Positions 1 through 11,549 of a stretch of DNA of 48,484 nt are shown piece after piece (within the stretch, counting starts at the first letter, position 1; every line of letters starts with the position of its first letter). The translations under genes and the position numbers were made by a program. Below the pieces are notes generated by a model that was not told where the DNA came from, ran no database searches, and saw only the letters and a program-made list of their open reading frames with translations. Origin of the DNA: Asterionella formosa (lineage: Eukaryota); contig NKIB01014007.1 in the NCBI GenBank assembly GCA_002256025.1, positions 1-48,484 of the forward strand, in the 5' to 3' direction.

Positions 1-127
1 AAATAATTATGTGAAGTATTTTCAAATAATTATGTGAAGTATTTCAAATAATTATGTGAAGTATTTCAAATAATTATGTGAAGTATTTCAAATAATTATG
101 TGAAGTATTTCAAATAATTATGTGAAG
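1..127. repeat. Tandem repeat of a 22-bp unit AAATAATTATGTGAAGTATTTC (5 full copies plus a partial one, runs off the window edge)
   Basis: Copies start at 1, 24, 46, 68, 90 and 112 (partial). Degenerate versions continue to ~310. Confidence 0.95.
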
Positions 128-543
128 GTGATCACATAATATAGTGATGATCAGGAATGCATGCATGATACTTTGATCAAATATTTAACGTGATGTATTC
201 AGATAATATATAGATATATTCAACTACGTATTTTGATGTATTCAACTAATTCATGTGATGCATTCAAAATCAACTAGGCTTATTTATGTGATGGTCACTT
301 CACGTAATACGCGGCTTAGATGAAGCTTTGCTTGCTTTTCCTGTGGGCCACCCCTGTATTGCCCCAGTCATTGCTTGTCATTTTCTTTTTCAGCCATTTG
401 CCTTGTTTTGACGTTTCCGTGTTTAGACGAAATAATTATTTATGTCACTAACTAGTCGTGATACTGTCGACTCAAAGAGAGAGTTGATGACGGTCTCTAT
501 TTAGTCGTTTTGAGTGCCTGTCCTGCGTCATGTTATCCATTTC

Positions 544-566
544 AGCAAAATGACCGCAACTTGCTG
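544..566 (+). mobile_element. Right-end fragment of the ~90-bp MITE-like family
   Basis: AGCAAAATGACCGCAACTTGCTG is identical to the right end of the copy ending at 17854. Confidence 0.7.
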
Positions 567-891
567 GTAGTACCTGGTGGTACCACAAAAGACACCGGGT
601 TTTAACTAGCTACCTGGTACCAGCCAATACCGGTTCCTGGTAAGGTATTTTGCTCCCAAAGTGTCCTATGATAGCTACTGTCAATGTATCTGTTAGGCTG
701 TTGTCGACAGGTGTCCGAAGACTAGATGTACTAGTCTGAGGAATCATGTCTAAACGGAAATAGACAGTATTTACATAGCAGAATAATACAGGTATGCAAA
801 CGAGCGAGCGGCACGAGATAGATCTCTTTACCAATCATTCCAGGGCAGTACTGGAGCGCACCAGGAAGGATTGCCATAAATTTTAACACTA

Positions 892-1726
892 CTCCCTCTG
901 TGCGGTAACAGTTGCATCGATTTTTCAAATTTATCCGTGGCCATTTTGACTCCTAGTCTACGATTTTCTCCGGCTCAATTGGCTGCCCTAGTGTGCGGCT
1001 TGCTTGCTGCTCTAAGCTCCAGATCCATGTATATATTAATGCAGTAAGTTTAAAATTGCAAACTACGTATCCAGAAAAGGTTTTTGGGCTTTTTCGATTT
1101 TCACTTGTGCCTATCTCGAGCAAAATGCTGATGGGCACATGAGGACCCATTTTTCTTCAAACCATCTGCTCTTAACCTATGTACAAAGTACTACGGTATA
1201 ACAATAGAACAACTGCAACTTTCATTCAATTATGGAATGTACAACACCAAAAGTGGCAATTATGGGAAGGAAGACAATGATGGTACTATGCTCGTTTTGA
1301 GGATTGTAACCATTAAACATCTGGCAGTAAGGTACATGGAGGTGCAACAACCATAGAAAGTATAACAAATGGCAATTATTCTATTCATGTTACAATTTTT
1401 ATAGTGGCTTGTTGTATTCAGTTTCCCGCAAATATTTGAGTGGCTGACCAGCCAGTGAAAAACAGCATTTGGTGATAGGCACATTTAAGCAATAAGTATA
1501 TATGCATGTTAAGTTGGTTTCGATTAATTTATTTAAATGCTAATAATTTCATTACAAAAACAGAGTATATGTTCATGTCCATGTAACTCATTAAAAACCC
1601 ATTTTTTCGAGTAAGCCAACCCTCGTGTAGAAAGATGGTATGTCGGCTACGTAATCCTTCATATGCGAACAGTAAAGACACTAGTGGTGCTGGCGAATCG
1701 ATGCAACTGTTACTGGACAGAGGGAG
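892..1726. mobile_element. Non-autonomous Tc1/mariner (Stowaway-like) element, 835 bp
   Basis: 31-bp TIRs: left CTCCCTCTGTGCGGTAACAGTTGCATCGATT, right (reverse complement) CTCCCTCTGTCCAGTAACAGTTGCATCGATT, 2 mismatches. TA on both flanks (890-891, 1727-1728). The CTCCCTC start is the Stowaway signature. No long internal ORF. Confidence 0.9.
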
Positions 1727-2029
1727 TAACAGGAAACAGGCAAAAAAGAACCTAGTCGAATACATAGGAAAGCAGAACCCCAGGTACACTTTTCTGTCTA
1801 CGTAAATGAGTCGAAACAACCGGAGGAACTATTTATAGGATTGGCCGAATGGAAGGATTTATTTTATAGTAAACCGAATCCATTCTCGTCGGATAAATAA
1901 TAAATAAACCCTGTAATCTTCCCATAATTCTCAAACGTTTTTGACGTGAAAAGCGTTTCTAAATACATATACCGGTAATCGAATTGAACCATCGTCATTT
2001 TCCTCGACTCGACTTTCAGCAAGCACTAA

Positions 2030-3505
2030 ATGTCTGCAACATCGTACGACTACATCGTCCTCGGGGCAGGGTCTGGAGGAATTGCCAGTGCCAAGCGAGC
2101 CGCTGGCTACGGCAAGAAGGTGGCGGTGATTGAACGAGCTCGACTTGGCGGCACCTGCGTCAACGTCGGATGCGTGCCCAAGAAAATCATGTTTTTGGCG
2201 GCTACCATGATGGACACGTTGAAGCACGACGCGGCTCAGTACTGCTTCAGTGGCACATCGGGTGCAACGTTTGATTGGAAGGCCATGAAGGAAAAGAGAG
2301 ACAAGTACATTGTCAAGCTAAATAACATCTACGGAGGGGGATTGCAAAGCGCCGGAGTGGATTTCTTTGTTGGCGATGCCGCCTTAGTGGACGCCACAAC
2401 TGTTACCATCAAGATGGAAGATGGATCTGTCAAGACCATCACAGCCCCCAAGGTCCTTATTGCCACTGGGGGTCGTCCTATGCTTCCCGCAGGAGAAGGT
2501 GTGGAAGAACATTGCATCAGTTCTGATGGTTTTTTCGAACTCGAAACCTTACCCCCTATGTGTGTTGTTGTGGGTGCTGGGTATATAGCTGTGGAACTGG
2601 CCGGGGTCTTGAATGCACTTGGTTCGGAAGTTCACTTGGTCGTGCGGAAGGCCAAGGCCCTTCGCGAATTTGACCCCGATATGTCCGATCAACTCGATGC
2701 AGAAATGATCAGACAAAGGATCATCGTGCACCGCCACTCCAATGGAGTCAAGAAGGTCACATTGGATGGCGCCGGAAAGAAGATTGTTCACTTGCACTCT
2801 GGTGACATGATTCTGGGCGTTGACACTGTGTTAATGGCGGCTGGTCGTGTCCCCAATGTCGAAAACATTGGTCTCGAAGCTGTCGGTGTGATGCTCAACT
2901 CCAAGGGATACATTGGCGTGGACGAGTACCAAACTACATCGATCGATGGAATTTATGCGCTCGGGGATGTATGCGGAGAAGTTGAATTGACACCCATGGC
3001 CATTGCTGCTGGTCGGCGCTTGGCTGATCGTTTGTTTGGGGGACAACCCAATGCCAAAGTATCGTATGAAAATGTTCCCACTGTCGTCTTTTCGCACCCA
3101 ACCATTGGATGCTGCGGTCTAACGGAACCACAGGCAGTGGCCAAGTATGGGCAAGAGAACATCAAGGTGTATAAGTCTAAGTTTGCAAACTTGTTCTATG
3201 GTATCTTTGATGTGGATGCTGATGACAAACCAAAGACTCTTATGAAAGTCATTTGTGCTGGTGTTGACGAAAAGGTGGTTGGCATGCACGTGATTGGTAT
3301 GGGTGCAGATGAAATGATGCAAGGCTTTGGAGTGGCAATGAAGATGGGATGTACCAAGGCGGATTTGGATTCGTGCATTGCCATCCATCCCACAGCAAGC
3401 GAAGAATTCGTCACTATGTATTCATGGGGAATGTCACCTCAAGTAAGTGGTGCTGCGCATTCCCCATTGATGGGAGCTGCATCAGCAGAGCCAATGCTGA
3501 AGTGA
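2030..3505 (+). CDS. GSR: Glutathione reductase (probably cytosolic, intronless)
   Basis: 491 aa. GAGSGG FAD-binding motif, GGTCVNVGCVP redox-active disulfide, GAGYIAVE NADPH motif, HPTASEE acid-base motif. No presequence. Confidence 0.97.
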   Translation: MSATSYDYIVLGAGSGGIASAKRAAGYGKKVAVIERARLGGTCVNVGCVPKKIMFLAATMMDTLKHDAAQYCFSGTSGATFDWKAMKEKRDKYIVKLNNIYGGGLQSAGVDFFVGDAALVDATTVTIKMEDGSVKTITAPKVLIATGGRPMLPAGEGVEEHCISSDGFFELETLPPMCVVVGAGYIAVELAGVLNALGSEVHLVVRKAKALREFDPDMSDQLDAEMIRQRIIVHRHSNGVKKVTLDGAGKKIVHLHSGDMILGVDTVLMAAGRVPNVENIGLEAVGVMLNSKGYIGVDEYQTTSIDGIYALGDVCGEVELTPMAIAAGRRLADRLFGGQPNAKVSYENVPTVVFSHPTIGCCGLTEPQAVAKYGQENIKVYKSKFANLFYGIFDVDADDKPKTLMKVICAGVDEKVVGMHVIGMGADEMMQGFGVAMKMGCTKADLDSCIAIHPTASEEFVTMYSWGMSPQVSGAAHSPLMGAASAEPMLK

Positions 3506-4422
3506 ATGATGAGCAAATTGTGAACAAGGTCTAGTGCAAGGATCAACCACAACAATTGTCTATCGCATTTGTGGTGGTGGTTGTTGATTGATGCAAGCCC
3601 TATAAAGTATTACCATTTCTAGATAGATCTGTTGCTAGACAGAGACATGTATTTCTCTTTCATTGCTATATTCTTATTGTGAGTTATTAAGCCAAAGCTT
3701 TGTTCAGTTGACTAATCTAACAAACTGATCTCCAAATGATGCTGTTTGCGTAATCAGATCATACATTCATAGAAAAACTCATGTCTACCTCACATTCATT
3801 GATCATAGGTTTATAACCATAGATCATTTGATTCAAACTCTTGGTCATCCAAATAGTCTAAATTGTCCAGCTTACCATTAAACATCATGTACTGCCACCG
3901 GTATGTAGGATGAGATCATTTTTTTGATGTAGCAGGTACCAACCAGGTACCGAAATAGTATTACCGGTACCTGGTACTATACAATGACGGCAAACCATGT
4001 GATGATGAAGCAGAAGGCCAAGCAAGCATTATGGAAGAAGATTTAGCTAAATATCTGGATTTGCGGACCTTCCATAGGGTACTGGTACGGCGTTGCTGTT
4101 CGTGGTACCTGGTACCAGGTACCAGATACCTGTAATCATGATGACTGCGTGAGCATGATGATGATGCATTCCTCCCACCCCTCCTGCGCAGTCAGTCCAG
4201 TGTTAGCTAGTAGTTTTTACCTGCGGATAGTACGAGTACCTCTGTATTCCGATTCTCCTGTCTCCTCTATACCCGGTCCTCAGGTACGGAGGTGCTTATA
4301 GCTCACTTTTTCATTATTTTCTATTAGTGTGAGATTTCTTTGCAATTTGCATTTTGCAGTCCGGCCCATTTTGTTTCCTTTGCGGAATTTGGGAGTTAAA
4401 GTGGGTGACATCATCGAACGTC

Positions 4423-5688
4423 ATGGCGTCGCAAAGAGACGAGTATGCGGGAACGGTTGTAGTCGGTGGAAGCATTGCTGGTCTAGCTACTGCCGCTGCA
4501 CTTTACCACATGGCCGGAGTCAGCAATGTCCACGTCTTGGAAATATCCTCAAAAGACGAATTTGAGACAATCGAGGCCGGAGCAGCTCTTCAGTTGGGAC
4601 CTAATGGTTTAAGAGCTCTTTCTGCGATTGTTGGAAATGAACGCATGGAATCAGTGTTGGAAGCTGGATCATGTCTACTGGGCACCCAAATTCTATTGCC
4701 CGGAGGCCAGATCATTATGAAACCTGATACAACTGAAGAGGATACTGGTCTCCCTCAAGTCTTGATTCGATGGGGCATGCTTCGTCACATACTCAAAGAG
4801 TCACTTACGAAGCCACGAGATGGCGTTATTCCGCCTACCATCTTCACGCAAGTTAGACCCATAACAGAATATCGTGTAACACCTGAAGGGAGCATTCAGC
4901 TATTGAATGCAGAGGGTGGAATCGAGCGCGAAGCTCCTCTAATTGTTGCTGCTGACGGCATCAGATCGGTATTTTCCAACATGGTCAGAACTTCTTCTAC
5001 CACTAGCAACAAATCCCTCTGCAATATAAGTGATAATGGTCGCGTCAATGTCAAGGCCATTGTGTCTGCCAACATTTGCTTTCCTGAATACGTACAGGGC
5101 TGCACATGTGTCTTCTTTCCTCCAGATAGTACAGTCGCATGCTTCGCGGGTCCTGCCGGTGACGGCTATACCTACTGGGCTTTCTCTGTGGCAGATGCAA
5201 GTGTCGATGATGGAGTGGCAGAACGTTTCATTCTGGATGAAGAAACTAATGATTTGGAGCTGATTCAACGGAAGGTATTGGAGCGATTGAAGTCGTTGAA
5301 TATCCCGGAATGTCAATTTGTAATCGATCTTGTGGAGGCGACTAAATCCGAACGAATTTATGTAAGTCGTTCCGAAGAAACTAATGAGATTGGGTCGTCC
5401 TTGTATTCCTCCAAAATTGTGTTGGTGGGAGATGCTGCGCTCGCCATGAGCGCCTCGTATGGCCAGAGCGCTAACTTTGCTTTGGAAGATGCAGCAACAC
5501 TAGGATACTATGTTCAACAGGCCTCCACCATTGATTCAGCCATGCAGCAATATAGTGACGCCCGGTTACAAAGAAAGGAAGAAATGGGGAGAAAGAGCTT
5601 GGAACGGGTACAGAAACATGCAAAGGGAGAAGCTACCGAGGATGTGTCAAAGTGGATTATGCAATGGCACCCTCCTTCACGGGATTGA
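4423..5688 (+). CDS. FAD-dependent monooxygenase (group A flavoprotein hydroxylase, salicylate hydroxylase/epoxidase-like fold)
   Basis: First in-frame ATG at 4423. VVGGSIAGL Rossmann motif, GAALQLGPNG, ADGIRS (DG motif), LVGDAALAM..YGQSANFALEDA (GD motif). Confidence 0.88.
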   Translation: MASQRDEYAGTVVVGGSIAGLATAAALYHMAGVSNVHVLEISSKDEFETIEAGAALQLGPNGLRALSAIVGNERMESVLEAGSCLLGTQILLPGGQIIMKPDTTEEDTGLPQVLIRWGMLRHILKESLTKPRDGVIPPTIFTQVRPITEYRVTPEGSIQLLNAEGGIEREAPLIVAADGIRSVFSNMVRTSSTTSNKSLCNISDNGRVNVKAIVSANICFPEYVQGCTCVFFPPDSTVACFAGPAGDGYTYWAFSVADASVDDGVAERFILDEETNDLELIQRKVLERLKSLNIPECQFVIDLVEATKSERIYVSRSEETNEIGSSLYSSKIVLVGDAALAMSASYGQSANFALEDAATLGYYVQQASTIDSAMQQYSDARLQRKEEMGRKSLERVQKHAKGEATEDVSKWIMQWHPPSRD

Positions 5689-6310
5689 ACTGCATGTTTA
5701 TACTGTTAGCTGTCGTTCAATTTCATAGACTGCCACTGACAGAGTCTGTTATACACCCAACCAAAGCTTGAAAACAAAAACATAGTTCCCCTCCTCTTTT
5801 CACCGTTTTAGTAATGTTGTCTTAGCAATATAGGATATAAAATTTAGCTCCAGTCTTCTGCTGCGACTAACGAGGAAAGACATGATAAACCATAAGTCTG
5901 CAGTGAAAAATATAACAGAGCATGGTCTTATTTGGTCACAACATACTTTGTATTTTTTTGATGAAGGAGTTTGCAAAGGTCAAGCGAGCTTATTAACTAT
6001 GGACGGCCTCTGGGTCTGCGTCGAGAAACTCACAATGTGTTGTTTCGAAGGCAACATTTTTTGATGATGCCATGCAAAGTTTTTTTTAAAATGAAAATGC
6101 CAGTTGATTGGGTTTTTTTCTGTGATGCTGTTGTTATTTTTTACCGAAACAAATCATGGTGAGTGGCTGCCTATCGGTATACACTCATGCCTCTGTGACG
6201 ATCAGCAAAAAAAAGTACGCTCAGCAGCATTTTTTTTCGCCAAATTTTGCTTTCGATGCTCAAGAGGTGGCTGAAAGGGTCAATGGCGTACTTCACCAAT
6301 GAATGCCTTA

Positions 6311-7363
6311 TTAATTTGGTCCTCTTTGTGGTAGGACCTTGGGAGTGCTTGGATCGTCACCCCATTCAGCCCAACTACCATCATATATTTTCGTTTCTTG
6401 AAAGTCTCTTCCGCACTCTTCAAGTGCCAGCGCCACATGACACACAGAAACGCCACTTCCACAAGTAGCAATTATAGTTTTCTCCGTTGTAACATCAATT
6501 CCGGCTTGTTCAAATAATTGCTGGAGGTTTTGTTTGGACTTGAGTTTCAGAGTATGATCTGGTTCGACAAATTCCGAGTAGGGTATATGAATGGCTCCAG
6601 GGATATGACCCTGTAATTTAAATGAGGAGCCTCTTGGATCTACCATGATCGCGTCATTAGTATTGAGTGATTTCAACACATCTTGCATATTGACAACATT
6701 GGACGGTGTTTTGGCTTGATACGACCTAGTTGTGGTGCTCGACGACTGGAACCAAATATCTCTGGCATTCGGTACAATGACTGGGTCAGTATCAACAGGC
6801 CCACCTGCCTGTTTCCAATCCTCCAAAGATCCCTGCATCAAGTGTACCGATTCATGTCCCATGGTTCTAAACAAGAACCATGTTCTTGGAGTGAATATGA
6901 CATCTTTATTGCGACCATATACAATAATATGGTCATGGTTGGAAATAGTAAAGGCATCCATAACTTTGGAAAACAGGTCTGGTGGTGGTAGCATGTGAGG
7001 TAATCCCTTTGGATTCCTGGTTGGAAAGAGATCAGAATGGCAGCAAATGTCGTCCATATCCAAATACCGTGCCTTGGGCAATCGAGGGCCTGTCTCGAAG
7101 GAAGTTCGTCCAGTTCCTCCATTCTGATCCTTATGGTACCATGAACCATCCACAAACACGACATTTTGGGGCGTTGCATTTCGTTGTTCATTCCACAGCG
7201 TCAACGCTTCCTCCACAGAAATTAAATTCTTGGACAGTCGTTGCGATGTTGGCATATGGTGGATGGCGAGATGTGGTCCAATAAACGCCAGCGACGGACG
7301 AACCAACAAGAAAGAGACCAGCAACGCGCTTATGTGAAGCAGTGAAGTAGAGTTGAGCAACAT
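6311..7363 (-). CDS. MPST: 3-mercaptopyruvate sulfurtransferase / tandem-domain rhodanese, predicted plastid-targeted
   Basis: 350 aa. DGSWY, LPHMLP, GHIPGA, active-site loop CGSGVS, YDGSWAEW. N-terminal hydrophobic signal ends SLA-FIG (diatom ASAF-type bipartite presequence). Confidence 0.9.
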   Translation of the reverse strand: MLLNSTSLLHISALLVSFLLVRPSLAFIGPHLAIHHMPTSQRLSKNLISVEEALTLWNEQRNATPQNVVFVDGSWYHKDQNGGTGRTSFETGPRLPKARYLDMDDICCHSDLFPTRNPKGLPHMLPPPDLFSKVMDAFTISNHDHIIVYGRNKDVIFTPRTWFLFRTMGHESVHLMQGSLEDWKQAGGPVDTDPVIVPNARDIWFQSSSTTTRSYQAKTPSNVVNMQDVLKSLNTNDAIMVDPRGSSFKLQGHIPGAIHIPYSEFVEPDHTLKLKSKQNLQQLFEQAGIDVTTEKTIIATCGSGVSVCHVALALEECGRDFQETKIYDGSWAEWGDDPSTPKVLPQRGPN

Positions 7364-8307
7364 GATCCATAGAATATCACATGCATACCATTAATCGGAA
7401 GGCTGATTGAGGGTTAGTAGAATTACGAGAAAGGGAGCGAACTTGCTTATTTTTTAAAGCGAAAATTGTGTGTGTGAATTGTTGAATATCATGAAGGTAG
7501 ATCTCGGTGTCTATATGTACACCATGTCCCGGTCGAAGAGCCTACCCGTCGTCGTGACTATACCGGCAATCCCCACCCTAGTAATTTTTGGTTTCGTTAT
7601 ATGTAGGTTTCAACTATACGGAACAGAGGGAGAATTTGCCAATTTTAAATTTACGATATATATTATACATGGATCCGTCCTTACAGCAAGCTACACAATA
7701 GGGCAATTGAGCCGGAGAAAATGGCCCCGGAGAAATTTTAACAATTACCGCAATTATTTTCAACCAAAAGGAGCAGCGCGCATGGCAAAATCTTGCTTGT
7801 TGCTGCGCGCTGGTTCTTGCTTTTGCTGTCAAGGTTTGGGACGAAAAGGTTGGATTCTCGACTCAGAATAAAGGTAAAGAACAAGCCAAAATTCATCAGT
7901 TTGGCGTTTTCTTGTTCATTTGTTGCGTAAAATCAAGAAAATAATCCTCAAAAATCAATTCTATGTTTTATTTACCTTTTGCACAATTCGTCATAGCGGT
8001 GTGCCCATGGTTGTTCCATTCAATGTATGATGCCCCTACCGTGCGTTCCCATCAACGAGCATCAAAAAAGGGGATGCAAAGATCTTCCTCAGCCCTATAG
8101 TGAGAGCGGCTCAGTGCCTGCTCCATGATGATCACATGTGCGAAGGAAAGGTTTGCGAAACCGTTGAGGCGATGTCTTGGTCACCATATCAGTCCACTTC
8201 TTTCCACGCTGTCCGCTTCTGTCATTTTCGACGCTTTTCCTTCCTTTTGCCTGTTGGAGGCTTTCATAAATTTCTTCTATTGGAAAACGCTAAACTGATA
8301 CGTCGTT

Positions 8308-10155
8308 ATGAACCAATTGGTTTCATTTTATCCGCTATTCTTCGCCAACGACGAGTTCGGTAGTGCACCAGAGCTCATGATGGCCGAGGCGATTGTTGAC
8401 TTCGGGGGGATCCAAGCCGAGCGATACAACAGGCAACAGGATGCGCAATTGAATTCTCAGTCTGCAAGCAAATCTATTTTCGAGAATTCTCATCAAGACA
8501 CTAACAGCACCAGAAGTACTACTCTCTCCACGATTGTGACAATCTACGATCCACTTCGTGGGATGAACACAAAGCTCAGACAGCCAGAGCAGCTTTCATC
8601 TCAGCCAAATAGCGAATCGCACAACGAGGCACTTAAAGAACTCACGCTAGATCAAATTCTGGATGAATTATTGGATTCACCTTGGACGTGCATCATGTGC
8701 CCATCTAGCGGGTGTACATGTCTGGCTCTTACCCGGCGCAACTTTCAAAAGGGAGATGCGGCCTCTTGTCGCGCAGACACGAAACAGTTCACCGTCTACA
8801 GCGAGCCTCCATCGTTTCTGGGCATAGACGCTCTTTCGGAAGTTTTCCAGAAGAGATTGATGGCGAACTGTTTGTTTTTGAGCCAACTTCATGCCCATTT
8901 GAATGAATCTACTGGCTCTTTTGTTGCTCTCCACGCTCCGTCGTCAGCCCTGAAGCGCAAAAGCTCTTCCTTGTCTCGCTCGTCTTCTCATGACCTTAAG
9001 GCAGCATTGCTTCAAGAAACAATCGATGATGTAAATATTGAGCGAGAAGAAGTCATTAGGAATGTCTTTAATCTGAATATACGTTTGAAGAATGCCGAAG
9101 CGCAATTGAAAGTACTCCGAATGGAACAACATGTTCAGCACCAGCGACACAAACAGGAGCTTCAAGACCTTTTGTTGGGTTACTTCCCCGATCAGCCTGT
9201 CAATTACTCTCATTTTTTGGGACCACTCAGGCCTGATTTGGTCGAGTCTGCAACTCAGATTGGACCATACAGTATTGACAAGTGTCTGGGAGAAGGCGGC
9301 TTCGCTCAAGTCTTTCAATGTACATATCGTACTACGAAGAAGAAGTATGCCATGAAGAAGCTAGAAAAGACGAAATTGTTGACACCCTTCGCCTTGACCT
9401 CTCTCTCGAATGAACTTCGTGTCCTCGGGCAAGTTCGTCACCCAAATATTATCTCGTCCAAAGAATTCCTCAACGGCACGACGCACATTTATATTGTAAT
9501 GGAGCTGGGTCACACTAGTCTCTACGATTACTGCTTTCAACATGCTGGTAACTTAAGCCTATCTGTCCGACGAGAAATTGCAATTGGCATTTTTCTTGGT
9601 CTCGAGTACCTCCATTCAATTGGTGTTGCTCATTTGGACTTGAAGCTGGAGAACATTCTTGTCATTTCCAACGTTTCGACTTTTCACTTTATGGCCAAAA
9701 ACATTTGCCTTGCTGATTTTGGCTTGTGTGCCATTGCTGACGACCCAATGGATGATATTCGCGTCGATGGAAGACTAGGAACTCCTGGATTTTTCGCTCC
9801 AGAAATGAAGCTTGTTGGTTTTTCGGAAGGTCGTATGGCTGATATGTGGTCAGCCGGTGTGACGTTATTGGAATTGGTTGAGGGTTTGCCAAAGGGTTGG
9901 ATGGATGCATACTTACAAGACGACGATGATATCTTTCGTGCCGGCTTGGAAGACTGTATTGTTTTGGTGGTATCTGATGAGGCCTACTTTACCAACCACG
10001 TTGCCCGTGATTTGGTCTTGAGTCTGATGAACTGGATTCCTGGGAATCGTCCGACATGTCAAGAGGTGTTGGATCATGCATTTTTGAAGCGCAGCCATTT
10101 GCCTGTTGATGCAGAGGACAATTGCATGAGGCAGTGCTATTACGGGAACTTGTAG
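8308..10155 (+). CDS. Ser/Thr protein kinase (CAMK-like, non-RD) with N-terminal extension and coiled coil
   Basis: 615 aa. LGEGGFAQV, AMK, HLDLKLEN, DFG, GTPGFFAPE, DMWSAG. Start codon uncertain (further ATGs near 8377). Confidence 0.88.
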   Translation: MNQLVSFYPLFFANDEFGSAPELMMAEAIVDFGGIQAERYNRQQDAQLNSQSASKSIFENSHQDTNSTRSTTLSTIVTIYDPLRGMNTKLRQPEQLSSQPNSESHNEALKELTLDQILDELLDSPWTCIMCPSSGCTCLALTRRNFQKGDAASCRADTKQFTVYSEPPSFLGIDALSEVFQKRLMANCLFLSQLHAHLNESTGSFVALHAPSSALKRKSSSLSRSSSHDLKAALLQETIDDVNIEREEVIRNVFNLNIRLKNAEAQLKVLRMEQHVQHQRHKQELQDLLLGYFPDQPVNYSHFLGPLRPDLVESATQIGPYSIDKCLGEGGFAQVFQCTYRTTKKKYAMKKLEKTKLLTPFALTSLSNELRVLGQVRHPNIISSKEFLNGTTHIYIVMELGHTSLYDYCFQHAGNLSLSVRREIAIGIFLGLEYLHSIGVAHLDLKLENILVISNVSTFHFMAKNICLADFGLCAIADDPMDDIRVDGRLGTPGFFAPEMKLVGFSEGRMADMWSAGVTLLELVEGLPKGWMDAYLQDDDDIFRAGLEDCIVLVVSDEAYFTNHVARDLVLSLMNWIPGNRPTCQEVLDHAFLKRSHLPVDAEDNCMRQCYYGNL

Positions 10156-10303
10156 TATAAATGTGTTTGCAAAAAATTCCCAAAATATTGAAAAGCCTAG
10201 AAGAACTTTTGTTGATTGCAACTCAAACGAATACGGCACTTAAATTACTATAGAATCCTCCACGTCAGCAAACAAACTTGGTCTTTCTCCTTTCCTTCAC
10301 ACA

Positions 10304-11235
10304 TTAGCAACATCCTCCACTACTTGTTCCCATTGATCCCTGTCTCGTATTTAAATCAATCGTCTCCGTGGGAGGAAAGAAAAGTTGAGGTTGATTCCGT
10401 CGCTTCCGATCTTCGTACATGAGAGCCAAGGTGGCTGCTTCCAAAAAGGCATCGTCCACATTTATTGCAGTCTTGGCAGACGTTTCATAATGTGGTAAGG
10501 CTTGTGATGCCGGCATACCTAAACCACCAGTCGATGCCACCTTCATACACCACTGTTCTGCTCGTGATCGTGGAACCAAACGGTCTACCGCCTGACGAAA
10601 GGGGGGATTCACCACAATGGTCAGAAAAGTAGCACTTAACGAGAAATAATTTCCACGAAAAAAATGATTTTACCTTGTCAATTTTGTTCCCCAGGACAAC
10701 AAACGGGAAATGAGTTGCTGCATCACTTAGTCCTCCTCCACCAATTTGTTCCAAAAATTCTGATCGCCAATGATCTAAATTGTCCAAAGAATGCGGGTCC
10801 GTAATGTCATACACCAACACACACGCATCAGCGCCTCGATAAAAGCCCATCCCCAAGGATTGAAATCGTTCTTGTCCAGCGGTATCCCAAATTTGTAGGG
10901 TAACAGAGATGAGTTGTCCAGTCAAGGGATCAGGAACTGTCAGTTCTTTGATTAAAAAGTCAGCACCAATTGTTGCCTTGTATTGCCCTGTGAACTTGCC
11001 AGTGGAATACCGACTCATGAGACTGGTCTTACCGACTCTTGTGGTGGGCGGAGCGAGCAAGTGAGAGCATGTTGCAAGACACGGCAGTCATCGGCTACAC
11101 TTCTTTCCAGCGGAACACCAGCAAAGACATTTCGGAATCTGTTCAACTCCTTCTGATTTCTTTCCAGCATTTATTCATCACTCACCCAGAATCTCCAAGC
11201 AAAATCATTTTCAGTGTTTTCTTATGTGGTGCCAT
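10304..11235 (-). CDS. RAB7: Rab7 small GTPase, 3 exons: join(11235-11186, 11037-10674, 10591-10304)
   Basis: Spliced product [58 protein letters not shown]. Introns GTGAG..AAG (148 nt) and GTAAA..CAG (82 nt) keep the frame. Confidence 0.95.
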
Positions 11236-11549
11236 GACGAAGGAGGTTTATACAGAAAGCAAACGAAGAGAGAAACTGTTAAGGAGAGATCCTAATACTA
11301 CCAAGGTATCAGATACCACTAAAAAACGAATGATACAGTTAGAAAACAAAGAAATAAATAGACGAGTGTTACGCGCAACCACGGCAAGCAAAAAAGAGTG
11401 AAAATTTAACACACCACATAATAAAGCATCGCGGCGACGCACGGTAAATATAACGGCAATCCCAACCCTAGCTATCGTCTTGCTTTTCGATGAGAACTGT
11501 GGGTGTCTAAGTAATTTTGGTAACATTTAAGTAATTTTTTTGGATTTTT

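Noticed and set aside
1..127. CRISPR array or telomeric repeat
   Set aside because: Repeats are head-to-tail without spacers, no cas genes are present, and the unit is not TTAGGG-like.
10485..11060. Rab7 as a single 191-aa ORF
   Set aside because: It lacks the start of the P-loop and the C-terminus. The three-exon model restores all motifs.
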